This document shows positions 37,358 to 46,020 of a stretch of DNA of 64,000 nt, one piece after another. This DNA comes from an uncultured Gammaproteobacteria bacterium (GTDB taxonomy: Bacteria > Patescibacteriota > Patescibacteriia > Veblenbacterales > UBA10138): NCBI GenBank assembly GCA_964453605.1, contig CAYVOI010000001.1, forward strand, positions 548,095 to 612,094, read 5' to 3'. Below the pieces are notes generated by a model, which worked only from the letters and a program-made list of their open reading frames with translations, did no database searches and was not told the origin of the DNA. A program made the position numbers and the translations under genes. Every line of letters starts with the position of its first letter. The first letter of the stretch is position 1.

Positions 37358-37672
37358 ATGTATACCTGGCTTAAGCTACACTGGCTCAGGCTTACCGCTG
37401 TGCTGTTCCTTATCGGCATTGTGGCGCAGCCCACCGATGTTGTGTACTACCAGCTTACAAACTGGTTTGTGACTGGAGCAGCTGTCACCATTGCCTGGCA
37501 AGCGCACCGACAGCGGCAGGAGTTCTATATGTGGCTCTACGCGCTGCTGGCGGTGTGCTTTAACCCGCTAGCGCCGCTCTACCTCCCGCAAGATACCTGG
37601 CGCCTAGCTGATATGGCCGCAGGTTTGTTCCTAGTCACCTCCATGTTTGTGGTACGAGCCAAGAAGATGTAG
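37358..37672 (+). CDS. Small (104 aa) hypothetical integral membrane protein.
   Basis: Three predicted TM helices (LTAVLFLIGIVAQ, FVTGAAVTIAW, LYALLAVCF...GLFLVTSMFVV). It is followed immediately by a strong hairpin terminator. There is no homology call. Confidence 0.35.
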   Translation: MYTWLKLHWLRLTAVLFLIGIVAQPTDVVYYQLTNWFVTGAAVTIAWQAHRQRQEFYMWLYALLAVCFNPLAPLYLPQDTWRLADMAAGLFLVTSMFVVRAKKM

Positions 37673-37686
37673 AGAAAGTCTGTATA

Positions 37687-37720
37687 CCAAAAGTCTCCCG
37701 CCTAAACGGGAGACTTTTGG
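37687..37720. terminator. Bidirectional intrinsic terminator between convergent genes.
   Basis: ccaaaagtctcccg-cctaaa-cgggagacttttgg is a perfect 14-bp stem with A/T runs on both sides. It lies between the stops of 37358..37672 (+) and 37733..39874 (-). Confidence 0.6.
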
Positions 37721-37732
37721 TATTAAGTAACC

Positions 37733-39874
37733 TTAGTTACCAACGCAGATGTAGTTAACTACATCACTGTTGTGACCTGAGTTACCGTCTTGAGTGATTG
37801 TAAAGGTGTTTATACCTTGGGAAAGATGCACCGAGGCACCAGAGGTGTCAGTTGCAGTGCACACATAGCTCGACGAAGAGGTGTACTGCGCTGAACCGGT
37901 TAGGTTCACTGTCTTGCTTCCACTGCTAAGAGTTGCTGAACCAGTGACTATGTGCGTACTCACTTGCTGAGTTCCCGAAGCGTTGTAAATAGCTTCGGTG
38001 CCGGCTGGACCCTGCGGACCTTGAGGACCAGTGGCACCAGTGGCTCCGTTGGTACCATTAGTACCGTTCGTACCAGCTGTACCTTGAGGACCTTGTGGAC
38101 CAGTTGCGCCTGTAGCACCAGCTGGGCCAGTGGCTCCGGTTGCACCAGTATCACCCTTATCGCCTTTTGGTCCCTGGGCGCCAGCTGCTCCCGTTGCACC
38201 TGTGGCACCCTGAGGGCCCTGAGGACCTTGGGGACCAGTAGCACCAGCTGCGCCGGTTGCACCTGTGAGACCAGTTGCACCCGTGTCGCCCTTGGGACCC
38301 TGAGGACCAACATCACCTTGTGGGCCTTGGGCACCTGTGGCACCCATGTCCCCTTTGGGACCTTGCGGGCCAACTGCGCCGTCAGCACCAGTAGCACCTA
38401 TGGCGCCAGTGTCACCTTGTACACCTTGAGGGCCTTGAGGACCAACGGCACCATCGGCACCCGTTGCGCCTATGTCCCCTTGGGGACCTTGCGGGCCACC
38501 GGGACCAACATCACCAGTATCACCTTTTGGACCCTGGGCACCAGTGTCGCCCTGAGGACCTTGAATACCCTGATCGCCAGTCGCGCCGGCATCACCTTTA
38601 GGACCAACGGGACCAATAGGACCGACATCGCCTTGTGGGCCTTGGGCACCAGCGGGGCCTACGTCGCCTGTAGCACCCTTATCACCTTGAGGACCCTGGG
38701 GACCGGTAGGGCCAACAGCTCCGTCAGCACCAGTTGCGCCGGTGGCACCGGTATCGCCCTTATCGCCCTGGGGGCCCTGAATGCCTTGGGCACCAGTGTC
38801 ACCCTTGGGACCAGCGGGGCCAACATCACCAGTATCACCCTTAGCACCTACAGGACCCTGAATACCCTGTTCACCCTGAGGGCCAGTGGCACCAGTGTCG
38901 CCCTTGGGGCCCTGGTCGCCAGTAGCGCCAGTATCACCCTTCGGGCCTTGTGGACCAACGGGGCCAATATCACCTTGATCACCCTTCGGGCCTTGTGGAC
39001 CAACGGGGCCAACCGGACCAATTGCGCCATCACCACCAGCTGGACCTTCTGGACCCTGCGGGCCTTGGGGACCTTCTGGACCCTGTGCACCCACAGGACC
39101 CTGCGGGCCAACCGGACCTTGGTCACCATTGGGGCCCTTATCACCAGTAGGGCCCTTGTCGCCGGTGGGGCCTTTATCACCAACTGCACCTTGGGGGCCG
39201 GTAGGGCCTACGGGACCTTGTGGACCAGCGGCACCAGCAGCACCGGCGTCACCTTTGGGGCCTTGCGGACCCGTAGGACCTACGGAACCCTGAGGACCTT
39301 GTGCGCCCGTGTCACCCTTAGGACCTTGAGGACCAGCCGCGCCGGTTGCTCCAGTATCACCCTTGGGACCTTGGGAACCAGTTGCACCGGCGGCACCGGT
39401 GTTACCTGTAGCACCTTTAGCACCAGCAGGGCCAACTGGACCAGCTGGACCTTGTGGGCCAGCGGGACCTTGAGGACCAACAGGGCCCTGAGGGCCAACT
39501 GCACCATTACAAACGTAGCTCGTAGACCGCACCTCGGCTGGATCGAGTACGCTGTTGCTATTTAGATCAAGTCCAGTGTCTATTTTCTGTCCACCGGTTG
39601 GACACACGGCTGAGCCAACCGGGACTGGGGTTACGGCCACCAGGGCAGTGTACCCCTTAGGGGACGTGGCCTCGCTGTCGACGGCAGCAAGTTGAGCCTG
39701 CGCCACAGCAGCTACGCCAAAGTTACCAAGCGCCATGAGCGCTGACAACCCGACCAGAACGGTTTTACGATGCAAAAAGTGTTGGTGCATAAATTTTGCA
39801 ATAAAATAATTAGGCTTAAAATTAGGGCTAAAAAATACCTTAGGTAAACTAACTATTCTGCATTGTCTGCGCAC
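37733..39874 (-). CDS. Bacterial collagen-like triple-helix repeat protein (713 aa). It comprises a signal peptide, an N-terminal region, ~480 aa of uninterrupted Gly-X-Y, and a C-terminal ~100-aa non-collagenous domain.
   Basis: [31 protein letters not shown]... continues as GXY for about 160 triplets, rich in [12 protein letters not shown]. The long antisense ORFs 37952..39565 and others are artefacts of the repeat. Confidence 0.85.
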   Translation of the reverse strand: MRRQCRIVSLPKVFFSPNFKPNYFIAKFMHQHFLHRKTVLVGLSALMALGNFGVAAVAQAQLAAVDSEATSPKGYTALVAVTPVPVGSAVCPTGGQKIDTGLDLNSNSVLDPAEVRSTSYVCNGAVGPQGPVGPQGPAGPQGPAGPVGPAGAKGATGNTGAAGATGSQGPKGDTGATGAAGPQGPKGDTGAQGPQGSVGPTGPQGPKGDAGAAGAAGPQGPVGPTGPQGAVGDKGPTGDKGPTGDKGPNGDQGPVGPQGPVGAQGPEGPQGPQGPEGPAGGDGAIGPVGPVGPQGPKGDQGDIGPVGPQGPKGDTGATGDQGPKGDTGATGPQGEQGIQGPVGAKGDTGDVGPAGPKGDTGAQGIQGPQGDKGDTGATGATGADGAVGPTGPQGPQGDKGATGDVGPAGAQGPQGDVGPIGPVGPKGDAGATGDQGIQGPQGDTGAQGPKGDTGDVGPGGPQGPQGDIGATGADGAVGPQGPQGVQGDTGAIGATGADGAVGPQGPKGDMGATGAQGPQGDVGPQGPKGDTGATGLTGATGAAGATGPQGPQGPQGATGATGAAGAQGPKGDKGDTGATGATGPAGATGATGPQGPQGTAGTNGTNGTNGATGATGPQGPQGPAGTEAIYNASGTQQVSTHIVTGSATLSSGSKTVNLTGSAQYTSSSSYVCTATDTSGASVHLSQGINTFTITQDGNSGHNSDVVNYICVGN

Positions 39875-40052
39875 CTTACTATAAGGCTAAAAACTTGTCA
39901 AGCCTTCGGGGTGTGCATAGCCTTAGGCGAGCGTTTGGCGCAGTGAGCTGAGAAAGGCATTCGAGGTAAGCTGGGGCTTTTGTTCGCACCAAAAGCCCAG
40001 GGGGGGCCAGGCCAGCATCCCTCAGGGAGCCCGTTGCCACCCCACAGCCAAA

Positions 40053-40086
40053 CCGTCAAATTTCTCCGGCCGGAGAAATTTGACGG
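40053..40086. promoter_or_regulatory. Perfect 34-bp palindrome (candidate operator or hairpin) downstream of the PaaX-like gene.
   Basis: ccgtcaaatttctccgg|ccggagaaatttgacgg. A near-identical second copy lies at 40752..40781 on the other side of the gene. Confidence 0.4.
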
Positions 40087-40140
40087 CTCTTCATCAACCT
40101 CAACAGCGCCCTAGCGCCCGATAAGCCCTTCGGGCTGGTG

Positions 40141-40695
40141 CTATCGAGGTAGCCTAAAGAAACGAGAGGCTTGAAACAAATTCACCCAATCCCCCAACCC
40201 AACCTGGCGTACAAAAGCTGCCACGAGCTGGTAAGCCTCAACGGGGCCCCACCACACACTCTGCTGAAGCTTTCTAAACCCACCCTGCCTCAAGAGCCAG
40301 CGAAGCTGCCGACGCGCACGCTCTTCTGTTTCGGGGACATCGAACACTACCACCGTATACTTCGCTTGGTCATACTTCAGGGTCAGCTGCCTTAACCGCT
40401 CAACAAAGAGAGCGGCCTGGCCCTTCGGGGTAAGCGCCACTGCAAAACGCTTACCAACTCTCCGCGCGGTTATATACCTCGCGCGCCGCAGGTTCCGAAA
40501 AGCTGCCTCAGCTGCTGAGTGCCGGCGTAAACGCTTAAGCTCCTGAACATACCCATGCCCACCTCGACGGTAAGCGGAGCCATACCCACTGCTCAGATCA
40601 GCAAAAAACTGACTAAGCTGAACCGTGGTATCCTGAAGTTCAGCCAGAATGGTTAGGAGAACCTTGGTAGAAGCTCGGCGTTTCGTGCTCGGCAT
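40141..40695 (-). CDS. PaaX-like transcriptional regulator (winged HTH + PaaX-type middle domain), short form.
   Basis: The wHTH-like region (ARYITARRVGKRFAVALTPKGQAALFVERL) and the following KYTVVVFDVPETEERARRQLRWLLRQGGFRKLQQSVWWGP resemble the PaaX N-terminal and central region (WDGKWLLLL...VKKQLIWQGFGALAPSLM). A Cas2-like fold was considered and not favoured. Confidence 0.4.
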   Translation of the reverse strand: MPSTKRRASTKVLLTILAELQDTTVQLSQFFADLSSGYGSAYRRGGHGYVQELKRLRRHSAAEAAFRNLRRARYITARRVGKRFAVALTPKGQAALFVERLRQLTLKYDQAKYTVVVFDVPETEERARRQLRWLLRQGGFRKLQQSVWWGPVEAYQLVAAFVRQVGLGDWVNLFQASRFFRLPR

Positions 40696-40751
40696 AGCGC
40701 TCCGTTAAGTGTACCACTACAACCTATAGCCTACCGCTCTGTCCCCTGCCT

Positions 40752-40781
40752 GTCAAATATGTCCGGCCGGAGAAATTTGAC
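40752..40781. promoter_or_regulatory. Second copy (2 mismatches) of the 30-bp palindrome, upstream of the PaaX-like gene and downstream of the pilus-adhesin gene.
   Basis: gtcaaatatgtccgg|ccggagaaatttgac. Its right half is identical to the 40053..40086 copy. Confidence 0.4.
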
Positions 40782-40841
40782 TGGTAGCGAAGAAACACAA
40801 AAAAACCGCTATAGGGGTGCGGGAATTGCCTATACCTTCCC

Positions 40842-43313
40842 TTACTGTTCGTTCCAACTATTATTAACCGCCGATACGGGCGAGGTGGTTGGTGAAGGAA
40901 CCCATATTTTATTAATTGAACCTTGTACACTTACAAAATTCACGGACACCTTCTTAAGGCAAAGACTATAAGAAGCAGACGCATTAATAACACCGTTGTT
41001 CTCAATCTTGAGTGACCCAAACGGTGCAGCAAAAATCGCTGAACTACTATTATTTGAAGCGTCAAGCGAAGCGGCGCTGCTTGAGGTGCATTGGGCACTT
41101 GTGTCGTGATTCCCAGAAATTACCATCAAAAAATTCTGTACAGGAGAACCAGTTGTTGCTGCTAAACCATTGTCAGTCAGGGGGGTAGACGCTGGGCTAG
41201 CAATGAGCGCTGTGTCACTATAACTATTGGAAATTGTGGTACGGTAAACACGATATGATGTTGCACCAGTGAATGTATTCCACGAGACCCTAATCCTCGG
41301 GTTCGCAGCACTAGGTGTTGCTGAAACCTCGGTTGAAACACCGGTCTCAACCCCGGCTGCGTCGATAGCTGTCACCACATAGTAGTACTTGGTACCAACA
41401 GTGAGCGTTGAGCTACCGCTAGTTAAGCTCGTTGTAACATTGGCCGGAACACTACAGGTTGAGCCACAAAGTGTATCACCATTACTAACATCAATGATCC
41501 CTTTAGTATTTGGATTACTAGGATCGTCCGCTAGTAGTAACAAGGTACGAGAACTATACTGTGTACTATCGGCTACTTTTATAGTTACATTATTGCTCGT
41601 AGTAATGTTCCCTTTCACCCAAACGCTTCCGGTGAGGGTTAAATTGCTGGTCACATCTAAATCTCCATTGACTATTTGCCAACCTAAACAATAGTTAGTA
41701 GGACAGGGCGTGCCAGGCTGCAAAGTACTTGAACCACTATCAGGAAATGAGGGGTTAAATGAGGGGTTAGCTGTAGCTGCTAAGTTAGCTAATAAAGCTG
41801 GACTAGTATAGCTACCTGAACTGGTAGTACGGTAAACGTTGTAAGAAATTGCCCCACTCACTGCTGGCCAGCTTAGCTGTATGGTACGCTGAGTGCTGCT
41901 GGTCACTTGTTTAGAAACTTCAATAGATGGAGCAGTCTCAAGAGTTGAAGTACCTGTTCCAAAATCATGAACTACAGCTGTAATCTTATAATAATACGTA
42001 GTAGGGGGGCTATAGGTAAGCGTACCACCAGATTGTAGTGTAGGGACACTAACACTAGGTATACTTGAGGCCATAGTTTGAATTTGGCTCTCCCATGTAC
42101 TAATATCTGTGCCTGTAATTGGTAATGTTTTAGCCGCTGGCAGGGTGTCGGTTAAATTACCAGTGCCCACAGTAGCGCTAGCCGTTATGGTCTGATAGTA
42201 GGCATTTCCGTTTACCGTTGCACCTAAAATGTTACTCGCCCACGCATCTCCAGTCACCGTCACGTTGCTTAAGCTTTGGTACTTACTGCCAAACCAGGTC
42301 TTGAAGTTAAGGTCCGCCCCTGTTGAGACCCAACTTGTACCATTCCAAACTGAAGCGGAACCGCCTGCATAACTGCTGGCTGTATCCTTACCCCAAGCCC
42401 AGTAATTGGTTGGACTGATTGAAGTATCGACTGGATCAAGCAGAATCCACAATTTCTGGCCTGGTGTTACGCTGATGGGTGAGGATATGTTTACGTATAC
42501 TGAACCTAGTGAAGCGATAATATCAGGTGCGTCAAAATAGTCAAAAGCGTAGATTGTACTACCCGGATGGCCTAAGGTATCATTAGCTATTCTCCAATAA
42601 AGCTTTGTTGGATCTGGGCTGCCCATCTTCTGCAGCTGCACCGAAAAACGATTAAAACTACATACTGGCTGGCCAACCTGTCCGCAAGAGCCAATGGTAA
42701 ATTGCTGAGCGACTTTACCCGAGGTTGTCGCCTGCCCAAATATAACTACGTCGTAGGGTGGGCTGGTTTTATTACTAGTGTCTTGCTGATCAAGCGTGGC
42801 GTCATCAGCTACCGTGGCATTACCATTAACAGTAAGTGACCCACTAATAGGGCCATTCGAAAATGCATCACCGTTGATAGTATTACTATTAACAGCAGTA
42901 TCTATCCCCCCCTTATCTGTTTGGGTGCCATAGTTGAACCCACCTGCAAAGCCGGAAGCGTTCACCGTTACCTGCAGTTTACGTACCTTACCAGTGGTGT
43001 CAGAAGCCGTAGCAGTTATTATGCGTTGGAAACCATTACCAGCCACCACAACACTTACGGGCACATTACCAATAGTATAAGGAGGAATAGTACGGGGGGA
43101 CGAGTCGGCTATAACATCGTAGATTGCCTTGTTTAAGGCAGCTTCAGCACTAAAAAAAGTTTGCTCGGTCGCAACTTCAGCCTCCACATTCTTAGCCTGC
43201 CGGGTGGTGAGCGTGGCCACAGTAACCATAATAGCCACGGTAAAAACCGACACCCCCACTAGCATAAGGATGGCGATAACACCGCGCGGCTGAGTTTTTG
43301 TGCTTAGGCTCAT
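40842..43313 (-). CDS. Large (823 aa) type IV pilus-associated protein with a PilX-N-like N-terminal anchor and two fibronectin-III-like domains (candidate pilus tip adhesin).
   Basis: The N-terminus QPRGVIAILMLVGVSVFTVAIMVTVATLTTRQAKNVEAEVATEQTFFSAEAALNKAI matches PilX_N (pseudopilin-like TM + helix). FN3-like segments read ...SGAISYNVYRTTSSGSYTSP... and ...GATSYRVYRTT. It is the first gene of the pilin-pilC-pilB run. Confidence 0.55.
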   Translation of the reverse strand: MSLSTKTQPRGVIAILMLVGVSVFTVAIMVTVATLTTRQAKNVEAEVATEQTFFSAEAALNKAIYDVIADSSPRTIPPYTIGNVPVSVVVAGNGFQRIITATASDTTGKVRKLQVTVNASGFAGGFNYGTQTDKGGIDTAVNSNTINGDAFSNGPISGSLTVNGNATVADDATLDQQDTSNKTSPPYDVVIFGQATTSGKVAQQFTIGSCGQVGQPVCSFNRFSVQLQKMGSPDPTKLYWRIANDTLGHPGSTIYAFDYFDAPDIIASLGSVYVNISSPISVTPGQKLWILLDPVDTSISPTNYWAWGKDTASSYAGGSASVWNGTSWVSTGADLNFKTWFGSKYQSLSNVTVTGDAWASNILGATVNGNAYYQTITASATVGTGNLTDTLPAAKTLPITGTDISTWESQIQTMASSIPSVSVPTLQSGGTLTYSPPTTYYYKITAVVHDFGTGTSTLETAPSIEVSKQVTSSTQRTIQLSWPAVSGAISYNVYRTTSSGSYTSPALLANLAATANPSFNPSFPDSGSSTLQPGTPCPTNYCLGWQIVNGDLDVTSNLTLTGSVWVKGNITTSNNVTIKVADSTQYSSRTLLLLADDPSNPNTKGIIDVSNGDTLCGSTCSVPANVTTSLTSGSSTLTVGTKYYYVVTAIDAAGVETGVSTEVSATPSAANPRIRVSWNTFTGATSYRVYRTTISNSYSDTALIASPASTPLTDNGLAATTGSPVQNFLMVISGNHDTSAQCTSSSAASLDASNNSSSAIFAAPFGSLKIENNGVINASASYSLCLKKVSVNFVSVQGSINKIWVPSPTTSPVSAVNNSWNEQ

Positions 43314-43828
43314 GGGTTGGTATAAAGCGAGGAATGGAGTACGACTGTGGAGCTTAAACTAGTACAGGGCCAGGGTGGTGGAGTTGAGAGACAATCAGTT
43401 GTGGTATTAGCCTTGGTCACGTACAAATTTATAGTAATAGCATTACTAGTCTTTATAAAGCTCAAGCTAGCGACCCGCACAGTGGAGCTAGAAATAACCA
43501 CCGCGGTGCCGGAGTTCTGTTGGTAGGTTGCGGTGCTGCTTGCGCTATCGAACGCATAGGTAACAGTTTGGCCTGCACTCATAGTAAGCCCCAGGCTGTT
43601 CGAGGTTACGGTGCCCAAGGTTTGAGCGTGACGAATATCATTAGTTATACGATCCATAATAAACTGCGTGTTACTCTGCACCTCTTTTACTACCTTACTC
43701 CGAGCAGCGTTTTTAGTAACATCGGCCACAAAGGCTGCAAACACGGTTATAGCCACGGTGATAATGCTGACGTACACCAACAGCTCTATGAGGGTAAACC
43801 CAGTTTTGGTATGAGCTAATTTTTCCAT
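43310..43828 (-). CDS. Prepilin-type N-terminal cleavage/methylation domain protein (minor pilin/pseudopilin).
   Basis: MEKLAHTKTGFTLIELLVYVSIITVAITVFAAF matches the canonical G|FTLIELLV class III signal. Confidence 0.75.
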   Translation of the reverse strand: MEKLAHTKTGFTLIELLVYVSIITVAITVFAAFVADVTKNAARSKVVKEVQSNTQFIMDRITNDIRHAQTLGTVTSNSLGLTMSAGQTVTYAFDSASSTATYQQNSGTAVVISSSTVRVASLSFIKTSNAITINLYVTKANTTTDCLSTPPPWPCTSLSSTVVLHSSLYTNP

Positions 43829-44298
43829 GCGGTTAGGATATGAGTGAGGCTAACCACCGGCTGGCTTGAAGCTGAGCAACTGGTTAAGGAAGAAAACACC
43901 TGCACGGTTACCTGCTTAACGTCATTTGGGCGCGAGGCCCCCACGTTGTTGGCGACCGTAACCTTACGGTAGAGTGCTGGTGTACTAGAAACCTGAACAC
44001 AAGATTCACTATACTCACCGTCTCCCGAACCCCAACAGGTAGTGTAGCCGTAGCTCGACATGGGCGTACAGGTACTGGGGGGCGATTCTCGAAATTGTGT
44101 ATAGTAGGTGGCGTCCACGTTTTCCATAGCTTGTCGCGCATAGCCAAGCGCCCGTTCCTTAAGCTCACTCATCCGCTCTAGCCGGTGCACCGCGCCCAAG
44201 GTATTACCAATAACCACAACCAAAATAACCACCATGGCCAAGCTGAGTAACACCTCTATGACCATTGACCCACGCGGGCGCTGGAATTGCTGTGCCAT
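43816..44298 (-). CDS. Pilin-like protein with a degenerate prepilin N-terminus (GspJ/PilW-like minor pilin candidate).
   Basis: QRPRGSMVIEVLLSLAMVVILVVVIG has the hydrophobic alpha1 helix with the invariant E5, but S replaces the usual F at +1. Confidence 0.5.
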   Translation of the reverse strand: MAQQFQRPRGSMVIEVLLSLAMVVILVVVIGNTLGAVHRLERMSELKERALGYARQAMENVDATYYTQFRESPPSTCTPMSSYGYTTCWGSGDGEYSESCVQVSSTPALYRKVTVANNVGASRPNDVKQVTVQVFSSLTSCSASSQPVVSLTHILTAWKN

Positions 44299-44303
44299 AA
44301 AAA

Positions 44304-44834
44304 CTACTGCACGGTAATTTTACCTACCGTGGTGACGCTAATAGTTTTGCTGGAGCCGCCAGAAATACCCACCACAATACTCTTGGCGGTAGTGGTACCG
44401 CTCAACCGGTCAAAACATACATCGAGCGGTACACCACTAATGGCAATACCATAGCCGCCGAGAGCGTAGGTAGTGGTGGCACTGGGGCAAGAGGTTGGCA
44501 TAGCAGCACTACAGGTGGACACGCTGAACAAGCAGTACTGACTAGCAGTAAAGTGGACACCCTGCGCAGTACCACCTTGCGAAGCCATGGCGCTCGACTG
44601 GGCTAGCCGAAGGGCCGAGGCAATTTCGTCGGCCGTATTCCCTAACGCCACGTTCTGTCTGAGGGAAGCGTATGAGGGTATGCCAATAGCAAGCATCAAC
44701 CCCAAAATAGCTATGGACACCAGCAGCTCTATCATGGTGAACCCCGCACCACTTTTTTTAGAAAAAAAGTGGTGCGGGGTAAATCCCTGACGTGGGCCGC
44801 GCATAGGGGCTAAATAGTTTGTGAGAACTTCCAA
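44304..44834 (-). CDS. Prepilin-type N-terminal domain protein (GspH/FimT-like minor pilin). It has an unusually long leader, so the start may lie downstream.
   Basis: ...KKSGAGFTMIELLVSIAILGLMLAIGIPSYA contains the G|FTMIELLV motif at residue ~30. Confidence 0.7.
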   Translation of the reverse strand: MEVLTNYLAPMRGPRQGFTPHHFFSKKSGAGFTMIELLVSIAILGLMLAIGIPSYASLRQNVALGNTADEIASALRLAQSSAMASQGGTAQGVHFTASQYCLFSVSTCSAAMPTSCPSATTTYALGGYGIAISGVPLDVCFDRLSGTTTAKSIVVGISGGSSKTISVTTVGKITVQ

Positions 44835-46018
44835 ATGGGCGTGAGTATTGCTACCGCCACAAACCCTACCGCCAAACCAATGCAGAGCAAGAGTAGTGGC
44901 TCGATCACAGAGGAAATGTTCCCTAAAGTGGTAGTGACCGATTTTTCGTAGAAGCTGGCTAGCCGCCCGAGCATGTGGTCCACCCGACCAGTGCGCTCCC
45001 CCACCTCTATCATGCGGGTGGCTATAGGCGGGTAGAGCTTGGGGTGGCCTTTCAACACCTCGGTCATGGGAATGCCCTTCTGCACAAAACCAACGCCTGC
45101 CTTAATAGACTTTTGGTAGCGGCTGTTACTGGTGACTGAGGCCGCCAAGTCGAGGGCCTGGTCAATGGGCACGCCGCTCCTAAGCAGTGCCGACATAGCG
45201 CGGGCAAAGCGCGCCAGGTTGAACTCAATCATGATAGTTTTAATTTTTGGCAGCTTGAGCAAAAACCCGTCCCAGTACCACTGGCCCTTAGGCCGCTTGA
45301 TGTAGAGACGAAACGCGTAGAGCAAACCTAACAAGGCGGGGATAACAAACACGCCCCAGGCGATGAGGAAGTTGCTCAGGGCCACCAAAACCTTAGTGGC
45401 GAGGGGTAGAGTGACATGGCTGTCGATAAGGAGCTGGGTGACTTTAGGGATGACGAACGTCATCATGAAAATGATCATGGCAAACAGCGCACAGAGTATA
45501 ATAGAAGGGTAGATCATAGCGCCGCGCGCCTTCACTAGCAGTTCGTAGTCGCGCTCCTGCTGCTCTAAGAGGTAGGAGAGCACGTCCGCCAGCTTCCCCG
45601 TGGTCTCCCCTACCCTAATCAGGTTGACGTAGAACTTGGAGAAGTGCTCCGGGTGGCGAGCTAGGGCGGCGTAGAGTGGTTGCCCACGCTGCACGTGGGC
45701 GTGAATGTCGAGGAGAACAGCCTTGAGCTTCTGGTTGTTGGACTGCTCGGTGGTAACCCTAAGGGCCTGGTCCAGCGCCATACCAGACTCGAGCAGAGTG
45801 TAGAGGTTGTTGGTAAAAAAAATTTTGTCGAGGCGCGAAATTGTACTTAAGAACTGGTCTAAGCTGGCAAAGCGTGGTTTACGCTCCCGCTTTAAGCTCA
45901 CAATGAGCAAGCCCTGCGCCTCCAGCTCGCGCGTAGCACGCTTCAAGCTTTTGGCCTCGAGCTTGTTCTTAACGTACTTCCCGGCGCTGTCGAGCGCAGT
46001 ATAGTTGAACGTGTGCAT
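44810..46018 (-). CDS. pilC: Type IV pilus assembly platform protein PilC (GspF family, two T2SSF domains).
   Basis: Duplicated T2SSF domains with 3 TM segments. Example motifs are LLRSGVPIDQALDLAA and ESGMALDQALRVTT. Confidence 0.9.
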   Translation of the reverse strand: MHTFNYTALDSAGKYVKNKLEAKSLKRATRELEAQGLLIVSLKRERKPRFASLDQFLSTISRLDKIFFTNNLYTLLESGMALDQALRVTTEQSNNQKLKAVLLDIHAHVQRGQPLYAALARHPEHFSKFYVNLIRVGETTGKLADVLSYLLEQQERDYELLVKARGAMIYPSIILCALFAMIIFMMTFVIPKVTQLLIDSHVTLPLATKVLVALSNFLIAWGVFVIPALLGLLYAFRLYIKRPKGQWYWDGFLLKLPKIKTIMIEFNLARFARAMSALLRSGVPIDQALDLAASVTSNSRYQKSIKAGVGFVQKGIPMTEVLKGHPKLYPPIATRMIEVGERTGRVDHMLGRLASFYEKSVTTTLGNISSVIEPLLLLCIGLAVGFVAVAILTPIWKFSQTI

Positions 46019-46020
46019 GT

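Noticed and set aside
37952-39565. A 537-aa plus-strand ORF rich in S/T/A/L/R, and several 60-150-aa ORFs on both strands between 37960 and 39507.
   Set aside because: They lie entirely within the collagen-like Gly-X-Y gene. The extreme codon periodicity of GXY repeats keeps alternative and antisense frames open. They have no independent start or RBS support.
40141-40695. Possible Cas2-like fold (YTVVVFDV...QQSVWWG) suggesting a CRISPR adaptation gene.
   Set aside because: No cas1, CRISPR array or other cas genes are present in the window. The overall architecture (wHTH followed by the V-F-D-V segment) fits PaaX-family regulators better. The protein is kept as PaaX-like with low confidence.
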